Positions 35,880-46,151 of a stretch of 64,000 nucleotides of DNA are shown piece by piece. The notes beneath the pieces are model-generated. The model did not search any database. It was not told the origin of the DNA and saw nothing but the letters and a program-made list of their open reading frames with translations. Position 1 is the first letter of the stretch. Each line of letters opens with the position of its first letter. The DNA lies in IMG/VR virus record IMGVR_UViG_3300038465_000055, positions 1 to 64,000 of that record. One strand, 5' to 3'. This DNA is from a virus. The translations under genes were made by a program, and so were the position numbers.

Positions 35880-36836
35880 TTAGACAGCTTGAGGAAAATA
35901 ATTGTTTATCACTTTCGTGATCAGTTGCCGGGCGATGTTGCGCGCGGTGAATTGGTGGTACGAGATTTCAAACTCAACCGACTTCTTTTGCGCGATCGTC
36001 ATCAGCTCGGGCTGGATTCGACGCTCGTCCATAACCACAGGCATATTCATAATGCCAAACGTATCATAGTCCAAGCTATACTGGTTGACGGCATCGACCA
36101 AAGTCAGCGCTTCGGCATTGCGCAGCCCGAACATCGTGATTTTGACCCGATCGGATACAAGCTGGAAATGCGTTCCATCTTTGCCGATATAGGCCGTGGA
36201 CTGCAAAGCGATCGGGCTTCCCTGCAAGATATCCACAGAAGCGAATGGAGGGCTCATGTCGAGCGGCAGGAGGTAGGCCGGATACAAGGTCACCGGAAGC
36301 GCCCAGCGAACGCCCGGCACCGGCGGCTGATAGGCGTTCATCGCCAGCCAGAGCGGAAGGCTGTTCGACGCAATGACCTCGTCGGTGGCGAGATGGCTGG
36401 CCGAATTGACGACCTGAGTCCGCATGTCCGGATAGATCGCAGCGCCATAATAGTGATGCAGGCCCGATTGCTTGAAGTATTTTCCACGACCTGAGAAACC
36501 GAACATCAGGCCATCGAATTCGCCGATCCACATCGTCTTTGGATCGACCGCATTCAGCGGCGTGACTTCGCTCAGTGACGTGAATACCACGCGATTGAGC
36601 GCGAATGTCTCCTCGACGTCCTGATGGATCTCGGTGGCATAATGCAGCGAGCCCATCACCTTCATCGTCTTGAGCGGTCGAATCCTCACCCAGAAGCGAT
36701 AATTATCTAGCGGCAGGATCGCTTCTGCGTAGTGCGTAAACTTGATCTCTTGCTGGATCGCGATCGCCTTGACGCCTTCGGCAAGGTCGCTTCCTAGCGG
36801 AGTGTCTGCGCCAGAGGCTTCGTCAATTCCCGGCAA
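35880..36836 (-). CDS. Head-closure/tail-completion protein
   Basis: TTG start right after the upstream stop; ILPLDNYRFWV, GSLHYAT, SNSLPLWL. Confidence 0.7.
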   Translation of the reverse strand: MPGIDEASGADTPLGSDLAEGVKAIAIQQEIKFTHYAEAILPLDNYRFWVRIRPLKTMKVMGSLHYATEIHQDVEETFALNRVVFTSLSEVTPLNAVDPKTMWIGEFDGLMFGFSGRGKYFKQSGLHHYYGAAIYPDMRTQVVNSASHLATDEVIASNSLPLWLAMNAYQPPVPGVRWALPVTLYPAYLLPLDMSPPFASVDILQGSPIALQSTAYIGKDGTHFQLVSDRVKITMFGLRNAEALTLVDAVNQYSLDYDTFGIMNMPVVMDERRIQPELMTIAQKKSVEFEISYHQFTARNIARQLITKVINNYFPQAV

Positions 36837-36837
36837 T

Positions 36838-37284
36838 TTACGTGACCCATGCTCGAAGTGATGATTCGTACAATTCTGTATCAACAAACGACACCGGACG
36901 CGAGTTAGATCGACGTCCGCGCTTCTTCTTCCGCCCGCTCCGCTTCTTCCCCAAGGCACGGTCGATCGCTGCCTGCGTCGGCACGCCGGGATAGCCAAGG
37001 CTGTCCATTTCTCCGTTTGTGATGAATTCCTTCATGCCTTCTTCGATCTTCGAGGCGCCGCCCGCGAACACATCGATGGTTGCCGGGGCCCCCATCAGCA
37101 GACTTTCGAGCGCTCCGCGCGCGCCTTCCTCCATCGCCGTCGCCATGTCCGGCCCGTGAACCTGCGAATAGATTTCGAGGATATGATATTTGTCCTCAAG
37201 CCAGCCTGCGACGTCGCCGGTCGTCACCGTGCCCTTCTGGTCATAAGGCAGATCGTCAATGACTCCGAGATGAAGTACGGGCAT
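36838..37284 (-). CDS. Neck/tail-completion protein
   Basis: LHLGVIDDLPY..TTGDVAGWLEDKYH..GVPTQAA..SFVDTELYESSLRAWV. Confidence 0.75.
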   Translation of the reverse strand: MPVLHLGVIDDLPYDQKGTVTTGDVAGWLEDKYHILEIYSQVHGPDMATAMEEGARGALESLLMGAPATIDVFAGGASKIEEGMKEFITNGEMDSLGYPGVPTQAAIDRALGKKRSGRKKKRGRRSNSRPVSFVDTELYESSLRAWVT

Positions 37285-37298
37285 TTATCTCGCTTCCA

Positions 37299-40200
37299 TC
37301 AGTGACCGCTGTTGAAACTCGACGTGCCATTATAATTTTGCCAGAACGGCGAAGTGAGCGGGTTGCAGAACAGACTAGTACACGAACTAAACCCCCATTG
37401 TTGCGAGAGAAGAAAATTCAAAGACGAAGGAGACCCCGAATTAGGCATCAAACCAAAGGTGACTTGATTGATGTCGGTCCCCATGAATCCCTTGTAGTAA
37501 TACTCCCATGTCACGGCGAATGACGGATCATTCTTATACCCGGTAAAAACTGCGTCATTGAAAGCGTTGGCCGCTCCTGTACTCGACGGATCAGAGAACG
37601 TGATGCCTTCTCCCGCGTTCGTTCCCGTGGCATTGCCAGATAGAATCACATAGTTGCCGGTGCATGTTGTAGGGCATCCGCTGTTGATCGACGAAACCGT
37701 CAGCCCCGAAATATCGCCCGCGGCAACCGTCATCCCTGTGTAATAGCCAAGAGCAGTCGAGAGACTGTCGACGACGGTGTTTGTGTGAGTCGACCCGGTA
37801 ATTCCAACCGTAGTGCCGATCTGGATCGGAGGCACCGCCGCAGCGAAGGTAGCTGCCGCATAAGGATTAACTTCAATGTCGCCTTCGTACCACCGCATCA
37901 AAACCGGACCCATCCCAGAAGGTCGAGGATTGGCTGCCGTCCCGCAACTCTGTTGAGTGGAGCTGCTGTAGCTACAGGCAAGAGTTTGCCAGAGCTGAAG
38001 ATTAGTCTGGACCGTGGAATTGTTGCCTTGCGTAAAAGTAAATGGCGTCGATGTGTATATCAGAGAGTTTAGCGACAACGTACCGGTGCCGGGCGTGCCG
38101 CAATTTACATCGCTGCCGTTTTGGATTCCGGCAGTGAACCCTTTCATGGTGAAGTTCCACGGCGAAGTGGTCAGCGCCGCCCCCGCGGATGTTGTGGCTG
38201 CACTTGTGACGTAGAGACCGGCCCCACCGGTCGTGCCCGAGGTCTGGCTGACGATCGTGGTGGTGATGGTGGACGGAACGCCTGTGCCAGCAACCGCAGC
38301 ACCTATCGCAATGGTGCCCGTGACGCCGGTTACGGTGAGGTTGGTTCCGCTGCCAGTCCCCGTGAAGCTGGCTGTGCCGGTGATGGTGTCCGTCGTATAG
38401 ACTTGGTTTCCTGCTAAACCACTTGGAAGCGTTCCACCGGGCGATGTGAACAGGAAGAAGTTGCCATTCCCTCCCGGCTCGTATGACGATGCGCCTGTCC
38501 CCGTCGTGAACGTGGTGCCGCTGCAAGTAAGTGCTTGGGGTGCTCTGCGCGGATAAGTCCCCCTCAGGTCTTGGTCGATGAGCGATATGGCGGCGGCTTC
38601 GCTGCCGTTGATCCAGTCGTTCACGACAGGTTGGAAAAACCAAGCTGATGCTAGCCCGAATCCAGAGCCTCCGACGTCCGACCCGTTCGTGATGTTGTTG
38701 CCGCCAACATATGGCGCACCTCCGATCGTGTTGATGTCGTCGATGGGGCGGTTAGGATAAACATTTCGTCCTGCTACTGAACACCCGCTGGTAAACGTTC
38801 CGCCAAAATGTACGCAAAGTGGAGCGTTCGTTGCTGTGCTTAGAAGTGACCCGCCCAGAGCCAAGATATAATCGCTGGAAGAAAGGGCGCAGCAGAATTG
38901 CCCCATCATGGCGGCTTCGTAACGAGAGCGATTTGAGCCACTAAATACGGACGAAAATGCAAGCGCTGTGTCCGAAGCCAGCACCGCCATGTAGTGCGTA
39001 TAATCGAGCGGAGAGCCGTTGGTTATATTGAGCCAGTTCTCACGCTGGATCGCCAGCCGCCATGGTTGATACGCCGGATTCCAGACCTCATTGCCATCTT
39101 CAGTAAGCACCTTGAGCGGCGCTTTCATCAAACTAAGAATAAGGGAGGCCGTTCTGGTCTTGTAAGTGTTGGTGGCCGTTATCGGAAGATTCAGCCAGAA
39201 GTTCGCGTCGGTCTGATTGGCAAGATTGATGAAATACTCATACGGCGCCATGCCCGGCGAGACGCCGCCGCCCTGTTCGATGACCCCGCCTAAAATGGCA
39301 TCGTAAGCAAACGTGGAGTAGCCGGTGCCGAGCTGGTTGGAATTTATTCCACCACAGTTGTCGTTGTAGCCCTGTCCTTCGCAGTTCAAGATGAACGCTT
39401 GAGCGCCGCCGGCCTTCGTGGAAACAACGATTGCAAATGGACTTATGTAGCCTAGGCAACCGGAACAGGCATGGACAAACGCTGTGTTGAAGGTGACGTG
39501 GTAGCCATCACTTGAGATGTTAGTTATTGTCTGGACGCCACCAGCCTCGGTGGTGCCGCTCGTCAATCCATTGACATAGAGCACATTTCCGACAATGGCG
39601 GCGGACACGTTGCCCGCGTAAAGCGCCTGCGCCGCAACAGTCTGCGAAACGCTGACAGCATAAGTTCCTGTGCCACCGGCCCCCGTGCAAGCAGGCGCAC
39701 AAGCAGATGAATTGGTCGTGGAGTTTCCGACAATCGTGGTGTTGGCCGCAACCGACGTTCCGGAGATAGAAAAGACCGTGTCTCCGAGCAGTACGGAGGC
39801 GCTGCCGCCCCCGTAGCTGTTGAAGGCGCTGACGGTCATCGTCGTACCAGAAATGCTGGCCGTCGTCATCTGGCTGTGCGCGATCGACGCCGAAACGCAC
39901 GGACCGCCGCCGCAGTTGGTCGTGCTGTCTCCGACCGCGTTGACTAGAGTCCATCCCGGCGTCGGTCCTGTGCCGGGATTTCCCATCACGGTGTCGCCAT
40001 CAGCCCATGCCCCTAGGCTCTGGTCGTTGGCGCTGTTGTTCATGTCGTCAGAAGGCGCGCAGGTAAAAATATATGGCGCCTGTCCTGACGAGCCAGCCGT
40101 GAGCGGACACGTCGGCGTAGTATTGCCCGCTCCTCCGGAACGAGCGCTCGGCACATTACGGCTGGTGAATGTGAGATGGAGGTCGGTGATCTGAGCACGA

Positions 40201-41096
40201 TAACCAAACGTCGTCATCTTGGTAGTGTCGGAAGCGCTTGATCCCATATTTCGGAGCCAGCCGAAGCCAGCTCCCTTTATGGCTGCTACAAATTCAGGAA
40301 CGAAGAACGAGCCGGAAGCCCCGCTGGTTGACATCGCAAGCGCGTATTGGGAGCAATCATCGTTCGGCGCGCCGCCGTTATTGGTGCTCCGACAAAGTAT
40401 CCACTCGCCGCTGCCCGGCGCAAAAGCATAACCCGTCGGATAAAGAATGGAGAGACCGAAGCACTGCGACGTGCATTGAAACACTGCCGTGCCAGCCGTG
40501 CTGCCGTTGCACTTGAAATTCTGGTTGCTGCTGGTGAACGTGCCCGGTGTGCCGGAACCGCTGAGCGTCATTCCACCCGTGAAAGACGACACCACAAATG
40601 TCGGCGTGGTCGTATTGCCGAAAACTATCGACATGAACGGACGTGTCGCGGCGCACGACAGCGTATAGGTTGAGTTTAACCACAGACCATTAGTCTGCGA
40701 ACCAATCTGCTGCGTCAGCGTCGTAATCGGATATTGGCTACCATCGACGTCGATGGAAGTATTGTTGTTTGTTGCTTGGTTTCCCCTCAGGGCATTTGTG
40801 TAAGTGATCGGCGTAAGATCCGCGCCGACACTGAGCATTACTTGGGAAATGCCGGCGGGTGGCGATAAGGGCGCTGAACCATGACGATAGCCGACCGGCA
40901 GAAAGCGAGACTCACCTTGGCCGAAAAATTTAACGGCTCCCGACAACGAAGCCTTCTGCTCAATGATTAGATGCTGGATCTGAATCGAGTAGGCCAGAAG
41001 ATTATTGCGCTGCGGATTGACCGGCATCGCAAAGGAAGTCGTCGTCGCCAGTGCGACTACCACACCAGCCAGAGCTGATAAAAATCTTTTGAACAT
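37299..41096 (-). CDS. Large exported glycoside-hydrolase-like (clan GH-A-type) protein with inserted beta domains
   Basis: Signal peptide MFKRFLSALAGVVVALATTTSFA; WLRNMG, FINLANQTDANFWLNLP, EDGNEVWN, WYEG; about 28 Cys. Confidence 0.7.
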   Translation of the reverse strand: MFKRFLSALAGVVVALATTTSFAMPVNPQRNNLLAYSIQIQHLIIEQKASLSGAVKFFGQGESRFLPVGYRHGSAPLSPPAGISQVMLSVGADLTPITYTNALRGNQATNNNTSIDVDGSQYPITTLTQQIGSQTNGLWLNSTYTLSCAATRPFMSIVFGNTTTPTFVVSSFTGGMTLSGSGTPGTFTSSNQNFKCNGSTAGTAVFQCTSQCFGLSILYPTGYAFAPGSGEWILCRSTNNGGAPNDDCSQYALAMSTSGASGSFFVPEFVAAIKGAGFGWLRNMGSSASDTTKMTTFGYRAQITDLHLTFTSRNVPSARSGGAGNTTPTCPLTAGSSGQAPYIFTCAPSDDMNNSANDQSLGAWADGDTVMGNPGTGPTPGWTLVNAVGDSTTNCGGGPCVSASIAHSQMTTASISGTTMTVSAFNSYGGGSASVLLGDTVFSISGTSVAANTTIVGNSTTNSSACAPACTGAGGTGTYAVSVSQTVAAQALYAGNVSAAIVGNVLYVNGLTSGTTEAGGVQTITNISSDGYHVTFNTAFVHACSGCLGYISPFAIVVSTKAGGAQAFILNCEGQGYNDNCGGINSNQLGTGYSTFAYDAILGGVIEQGGGVSPGMAPYEYFINLANQTDANFWLNLPITATNTYKTRTASLILSLMKAPLKVLTEDGNEVWNPAYQPWRLAIQRENWLNITNGSPLDYTHYMAVLASDTALAFSSVFSGSNRSRYEAAMMGQFCCALSSSDYILALGGSLLSTATNAPLCVHFGGTFTSGCSVAGRNVYPNRPIDDINTIGGAPYVGGNNITNGSDVGGSGFGLASAWFFQPVVNDWINGSEAAAISLIDQDLRGTYPRRAPQALTCSGTTFTTGTGASSYEPGGNGNFFLFTSPGGTLPSGLAGNQVYTTDTITGTASFTGTGSGTNLTVTGVTGTIAIGAAVAGTGVPSTITTTIVSQTSGTTGGAGLYVTSAATTSAGAALTTSPWNFTMKGFTAGIQNGSDVNCGTPGTGTLSLNSLIYTSTPFTFTQGNNSTVQTNLQLWQTLACSYSSSTQQSCGTAANPRPSGMGPVLMRWYEGDIEVNPYAAATFAAAVPPIQIGTTVGITGSTHTNTVVDSLSTALGYYTGMTVAAGDISGLTVSSINSGCPTTCTGNYVILSGNATGTNAGEGITFSDPSSTGAANAFNDAVFTGYKNDPSFAVTWEYYYKGFMGTDINQVTFGLMPNSGSPSSLNFLLSQQWGFSSCTSLFCNPLTSPFWQNYNGTSSFNSGH

Positions 41097-41102
41097 TTTT
41101 TA

Positions 41103-41903
41103 TTAAGTTCCTGGATACCAGTATGCCCACGGATTTTCGGACCACTTCAACAGAGTGTTGAACGACAGCATGTTGCCAAAATTAAAACTATACATATACG
41201 CAGCGATGTGACCCGGAAACGCTGCCACTGCCGCAGTGTGGTTGCCTATGTTGAAGGTGCCGTCACCTGCCGAGGCTCCGACGCTGGCCAATGCAGCCTG
41301 TGTGGCCACTACTTTTCCCGTCGCCAGATTGCGAATGATTCCGTCAATTGAATTTGCACCGTTGGCATAGTTACTGAAGGCCGCAAAGTAAGGCACCCCA
41401 ACCGCAAGCGCATAGCCAGCAGTCGGAAACGCTCCGGCGGTTTCCGGAAATAAAACAGGAGCAGTACTTACAAGCAAAGAGTTGCTCGTATTTGCATTTG
41501 CCGTGCTGTGGAGAGCAGCCGTGACTGTTGGGATGCTGTCCATGACGAAAATGCAACCATACGTAAAACCACCGATCGGATTCCTTGCCGAGAAACCGGA
41601 AAACTCGATCTGATCCGTGCTGGCGCCGTTGAACTTGACGCTTGGACCGATCACCGGGTCTAGAAATCCAGTCGGAGCACCAATGATCGTTCCCGGTTTG
41701 CCACCTAGAAGGTTTGTGAAATTCCCGCCTAAATTGGCCACCGCCGATATCCACGGCTGTCCAGAAACAGGATGACTCTGATTCATCCCCGGAGCCACCC
41801 CAGCCGGAAACGCAAACGGCGGCCTTTGAGCTGCAAACAGTTTGCGCGACGGCAACAGGAGGGCTGGGGCAGCAACTTGGATAAGACGACGGCGCGACAG
41901 CAT
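41103..41903 (-). CDS. LamG/concanavalin-like protein with twin-arginine-type leader
   Basis: MLSRRRLIQVAAPALLLP; FTYGCIF, FNIGN..FPGHIAAY; ends ENPWAYW. Confidence 0.7.
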   Translation of the reverse strand: MLSRRRLIQVAAPALLLPSRKLFAAQRPPFAFPAGVAPGMNQSHPVSGQPWISAVANLGGNFTNLLGGKPGTIIGAPTGFLDPVIGPSVKFNGASTDQIEFSGFSARNPIGGFTYGCIFVMDSIPTVTAALHSTANANTSNSLLVSTAPVLFPETAGAFPTAGYALAVGVPYFAAFSNYANGANSIDGIIRNLATGKVVATQAALASVGASAGDGTFNIGNHTAAVAAFPGHIAAYMYSFNFGNMLSFNTLLKWSENPWAYWYPGT

Positions 41904-42548
41904 TTAGTTTTGTCCTGCAATCGGAGCTAACTTTATCAAATTTCCGGTCCCGCCCAGCGCAGCGCCACAGTTATTTTGGGTCATCACCTTGAACTGAAGT
42001 GCAGGAACGTTAATCGGCCCCGGCGCTTTATAGGTGTTGGTGCTGATCGCAGCAGTGGGAAGAAAAATTATAGCATCTGGAGAGCGGACCATTTGCGCTG
42101 CTGTGGCAGTCTCGAACGTTGTTCCGTCTCCGGTTTGAAGAAACCAGATCGAGATGTTGCCGCCCGCCGTGCACGTCGCGGTGGCGCCAGAGGTGAAGAA
42201 GATTTCACCGAGTTGTGCGCCGCCTGTGTTTGAATTGTTGAACAGTCCAGAGGTGCCACCAACCGAACTGACGGCAACCGCACCATTGGCTAGCGCGTTC
42301 AATTCTATCGATTCCAGCGTCAGCAGCGCCGAGTAAAGACCATTGTTCGACGAGCCGAGATACCATTTGTGCGGCCCTGCATTCGGCGCGCAGTTTCCGT
42401 CATCTCCGGTTTGCGTGCTCATACCGACCGAGGACGGCACGTTGTTGTTGATCGAGATCGGATTGGTGCACGCCGCCAGCGCTGGCGCGGCGAACGCGAT
42501 CAGCCAAAGCACGACTGCTGTTAGTGGTGCTGCGAGACGCTTGATCAT
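41904..42548 (-). CDS. Exported beta-sandwich protein
   Basis: MIKRLAAPLTAVVLWLIAFAAPALA leader; 4 Cys. Confidence 0.75.
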   Translation of the reverse strand: MIKRLAAPLTAVVLWLIAFAAPALAACTNPISINNNVPSSVGMSTQTGDDGNCAPNAGPHKWYLGSSNNGLYSALLTLESIELNALANGAVAVSSVGGTSGLFNNSNTGGAQLGEIFFTSGATATCTAGGNISIWFLQTGDGTTFETATAAQMVRSPDAIIFLPTAAISTNTYKAPGPINVPALQFKVMTQNNCGAALGGTGNLIKLAPIAGQN

Positions 42549-42560
42549 AGTGATCGCTCC

Positions 42561-42746
42561 TTACCGGAAGATGAGAGAGAAATATTGACTGTTGCAGGCT
42601 TGCGAAAAATCCAGCTCGTTCGAGCACGAGTTCCCGCCACCACTGCCGGCGCCGAGCAGCATGATGCTTGCCGCGCGCGACTGATCGCCGCGAACCGAGC
42701 ACGACGCGATCGCGATGAGAACGAGAATGATAATGCGCTTCTTCAC
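42561..42746 (-). CDS. Small exported/lipoprotein-like peptide ending LDFSQACNSQYFSLIFR
   Basis: GTG start with GAGGAG; MKKRIIILVLIAIAS-C lipobox-like. Confidence 0.7.
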   Translation of the reverse strand: MKKRIIILVLIAIASCSVRGDQSRAASIMLLGAGSGGGNSCSNELDFSQACNSQYFSLIFR

Positions 42747-42757
42747 GTATCCACTCC

Positions 42758-45700
42758 TCAGAATTGCATGTAGCTGATCGAACCGGCGACAGCCACCGCT
42801 GCCGTTGTAATGGCGCACAGCGCGTTTCCTGACGGCACCTTCAAGATCGTCCCCACACCGCCGCCTTTCGTAAGACCCGGATTGGACGTGCTCAGAGAAT
42901 ATGCCCCGCTAAGTGTGCCCTGCCCTGTAGCGCAAGCCGTTCCAGTTCCGTAAATCCATTGGAACGTGTCCACACCCGCGGCCATGAAATCTTCCGACGT
43001 GACATAGATCGACGTCGAGCCCGACAGCGCGACGATCTGGGTTGTAGTCGCCGTCGAGATGCTGATCGGCGCAGACAGGCTGTCCTGCGACAAAGTCTGG
43101 CGCCCCACGCCAGTTCCGGTCTGACCTTGGCCGGTTGCCGTAGCCGTTCCAGCCGTCTGGGCATTGTTGGTCTGCACCACAACGCTGGGCGCCGAGCCCG
43201 CCAGCGTCGCGGTATCGGTGGCAACGGTGACTCGAGGAACTGTGGCTCCCTGCGCTCCGGTACCGGTGGCCACCGCGGCGTTGCCGACCATCAGGTTGGC
43301 AAAGAGACCGTTCGTGGCACTCAGGACCGCGTTGCCTTGCAGGAGGTTGGAGAAGATGCCGTTGGTCGCTGACAAGGCCGAGCCGCCTTGCGTGAGACCA
43401 GCCGTCCACGTGCCCGATTGCGTGGCTGCAACCGTGCCTGTGATCGTGGTCGACGTCAGCGTCACGGCAAGACCGGAGACACCCGCCGCAACCAGCAATT
43501 CACCGCGCGAACTGAATAGCAGCGCAGCCTGTTGCGTGTTCGTCATTGTCGGCTGCGCCGAAAGATACTGACCGCCGACCGTGAGCGCGCTGGTCGACGC
43601 CGCCGTCGCCGCATTGAGCGGACCCGTAACCTGCGGGATCGGCCCCTTGATATCGTCGTCAAGCTGGCCGAGACAGCCGATGATGGTATTCCCTGCAACC
43701 GAGCAGGTATGCGCCGAGGTGATCGTTCCCTCGACGACGTTGGCGCCGTTGGCGAGCGAGCCCGCTGCGAACGCACCGGACGCGAACGCGCCCGACGCAT
43801 AGGCGCCCGAAGCGATCGAGCCCGACGCATAGGCGCCGCTCGCCACCGCACCGGACACCATCGTGACAGCACCGCCCCCACCGCCCACCTTGACGTTGAC
43901 TAGCAGGTTGCCCGCGGCATCCATCTGGAACGGCGAGAAGTTCCCGGACGTGATCGTGGCCGGCGTCGTGTTGAACTGGCCACCGACTAGAACTGAGCTG
44001 AATGTGCCCGTCGCGTTCTGGCCAGCGAAATCGAGCAGCGCGCCGGCATTGCCGACGATCCGATCGCTCCACGTGCCAGATTGCGTGACTGGAATGGCGC
44101 TCTGGTTGCTGGCGATCGCAACCGAGACGCTATTGGCCATCGTGACTTGGCCGTTTGGATTGACGCTATTCGGCGAGATCGATACGACGATCGCCGTGTC
44201 GGTAGCCAACGGCGGCGTGCTCCCGAGCTTGATTGCCGCCCCGACGACGTTCTGACCAGCCGCGCCCGTGACTGTACCGCCGAACACGACCGGGGGATTG
44301 GCGTTCGCAACGCCCACTGCCGTGGGACCAAAGACCGCCCCCCCGCCGCCGCCGCCGCCGGTGCATCCAGAGATACAAGCGACATTCAGGGCATTCGTGG
44401 TCGAGGCTATGACGTTCCCGGAGCCGTCGACGATCTGGGTTTTTGCCGCGCCGCTGGTTTGCAAGGTGGCCGTGGCCGCGCCCGTGGGAAGGCTGATAGT
44501 TCCTGTGATGTTGTTGATGTTGTTCGTGGCGCCGGTGAGCTGGACGCCAAAGGTACCCGTTCCGACGACGGTCGCATTGAGGGCCGCCGCCGTGGCCTGC
44601 GTCACAGCGAACGAGCTGTTGCCGATCGAACCGCCGGCCTGAAATGGCGTTCCAAGCGCTGCTATGATAGTCGCCTGATTGGCCGCCGTGCCGGCTCCCC
44701 CCAAGGTGCCAAGGTTGACCGTAGGCGTTGCCGCGAAGGCAGGGAGCGTCCCCAAGATGCCAAAGGCCGTATTGGCGATGCTGCCACCGGCTTGGAACGG
44801 CGTGCCCAGCGCCGTCTGGATCGCCGCCAGCGTGGTCTGTGTCGCGACCCCCGCGATGGTCCCCAGATTGACGGTTGGCGTCGCAGCAAACGCAGGCAGC
44901 GTGCCCGTGATGCCAAACCCGGTATTGGTGATCGAGCCGATCGCGTTGGTGCCCGCAGCGAGCCCAATCGACCAAGCGCCAGACTGCGCGGCCGGGAATG
45001 TGCCGCCAGCGCCGGTAACAAGCAGCGCCGAGCCGTTCGAACCGGTATTGGCGAGAGAGACCTGAAGCGGGGCCGCCGATACGCCGACTTCCGCTCCCGC
45101 CGCGTTGCGCAGGTTCATCATGACAGCGCGGAATTCCGTCAACTGCACCATGCCCTGATCGCCAGCCGTCAGGGGATTTGCCGTCACCGTCGTCTGATAG
45201 AAACCGCCCGCGCCAGCGAACAGCGAAGCGCCGGCCGCGAACAGCGCACCATCCGCCGTGCTCACGCCCGAACCCGAGCAGTTCGAGCACTGGATATTCA
45301 GGTTGCCGCCGGTACCGGTGAGCGGAACAAGATTGCCGCCCTGCAACATACCGACGTAGGTGGCCGAGCCCGGCGCCAGCGTGGCCACCGCTCCAACGGA
45401 CGCATTCGGAGCCGCGCCGCAGCCCGTGCCGCAATTGAATGTCGGGGTGGCCGCAAATGCCGGGAGCGTGCCGCCGAGACTGACAGTGCCGCTGACCGGT
45501 TGCGTTACCGCAGATCCGTCGACCATGAGGCCATTGGCGGTCGCGACCAATCCCGTCAGGACGCCGCCGACGCTGGCGCCGAGATAGGTGGCAGAGGCCG
45601 GCACCGCGATCGAGGTGAGCGCAACCGACGCATTCGATCCGTTGCAACCGCTGACGCAATTGACATTCGGCGTGCCCGCAACCGAGACAGGAAGGGTGAC

Positions 45701-46126
45701 CGAAGCCTTGATGCTTACCCATTCTCCATTGGTGACGTCGCCGAGCTGCGGCTGAAAATTACCCGACACATCCTTGAAGCCGCCCGGCGTGCCGAAATTT
45801 CCGATCGGGCTTGCGAAGGTGGCCGAGACGCCAGTGCCGCTGCAATTCGAGCATGTGATGCTGCCGGTGACTGCAAACGTAGCTCCCGCGCCGGGCGAGA
45901 CAAAGATCGGATTGGCCGACACACCCATCGGGTTGCCAGTCTGATCCTGAATGACGTTAGCCGCGCATATGACGCTGTTCGAGCAATTGAACCCATGCAG
46001 TTGGCGCGGGATCTTGTAGGCGTCGAGGAACGAATAATTAGGGAACGTGGCCTGTTGAGCCAGAGCTGGGGAAAGGCCAACGAGCGACAGCGACCAGATC
46101 GCCAATGCCAAGAGAGCTTTTTTCAT
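42758..46126 (-). CDS. Large exported fibre-like protein (repeat-rich shaft, C-terminal beta-sandwich)
   Basis: MKKALLALAIWSLSLVGLSPALA leader; GTLPAFAATPT x3, ALGTPFQAGGSI x2, SGAYA pentapeptides; 16 Cys. Confidence 0.85.
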   Translation of the reverse strand: MKKALLALAIWSLSLVGLSPALAQQATFPNYSFLDAYKIPRQLHGFNCSNSVICAANVIQDQTGNPMGVSANPIFVSPGAGATFAVTGSITCSNCSGTGVSATFASPIGNFGTPGGFKDVSGNFQPQLGDVTNGEWVSIKASVTLPVSVAGTPNVNCVSGCNGSNASVALTSIAVPASATYLGASVGGVLTGLVATANGLMVDGSAVTQPVSGTVSLGGTLPAFAATPTFNCGTGCGAAPNASVGAVATLAPGSATYVGMLQGGNLVPLTGTGGNLNIQCSNCSGSGVSTADGALFAAGASLFAGAGGFYQTTVTANPLTAGDQGMVQLTEFRAVMMNLRNAAGAEVGVSAAPLQVSLANTGSNGSALLVTGAGGTFPAAQSGAWSIGLAAGTNAIGSITNTGFGITGTLPAFAATPTVNLGTIAGVATQTTLAAIQTALGTPFQAGGSIANTAFGILGTLPAFAATPTVNLGTLGGAGTAANQATIIAALGTPFQAGGSIGNSSFAVTQATAAALNATVVGTGTFGVQLTGATNNINNITGTISLPTGAATATLQTSGAAKTQIVDGSGNVIASTTNALNVACISGCTGGGGGGGAVFGPTAVGVANANPPVVFGGTVTGAAGQNVVGAAIKLGSTPPLATDTAIVVSISPNSVNPNGQVTMANSVSVAIASNQSAIPVTQSGTWSDRIVGNAGALLDFAGQNATGTFSSVLVGGQFNTTPATITSGNFSPFQMDAAGNLLVNVKVGGGGGAVTMVSGAVASGAYASGSIASGAYASGAFASGAFAAGSLANGANVVEGTITSAHTCSVAGNTIIGCLGQLDDDIKGPIPQVTGPLNAATAASTSALTVGGQYLSAQPTMTNTQQAALLFSSRGELLVAAGVSGLAVTLTSTTITGTVAATQSGTWTAGLTQGGSALSATNGIFSNLLQGNAVLSATNGLFANLMVGNAAVATGTGAQGATVPRVTVATDTATLAGSAPSVVVQTNNAQTAGTATATGQGQTGTGVGRQTLSQDSLSAPISISTATTTQIVALSGSTSIYVTSEDFMAAGVDTFQWIYGTGTACATGQGTLSGAYSLSTSNPGLTKGGGVGTILKVPSGNALCAITTAAVAVAGSISYMQF
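43751..43860 (-). repeat. 15-bp/pentapeptide tandem repeat (SGAVA-SGAYA-SGSIA-SGAYA-SGAFA-SGAFA-AGSLA)
   Basis: Seen in translation and in DNA (CCCGACGCATAGGCG repeated). Confidence 0.85.
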
Positions 46127-46151
46127 CGCTCGAATTCCCCAAAGGAAAGTG

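Noticed and set aside
19708-46126. Diversity-generating retroelement acting on the fibres
   Set aside because: No reverse transcriptase and no template/variable repeat pair seen
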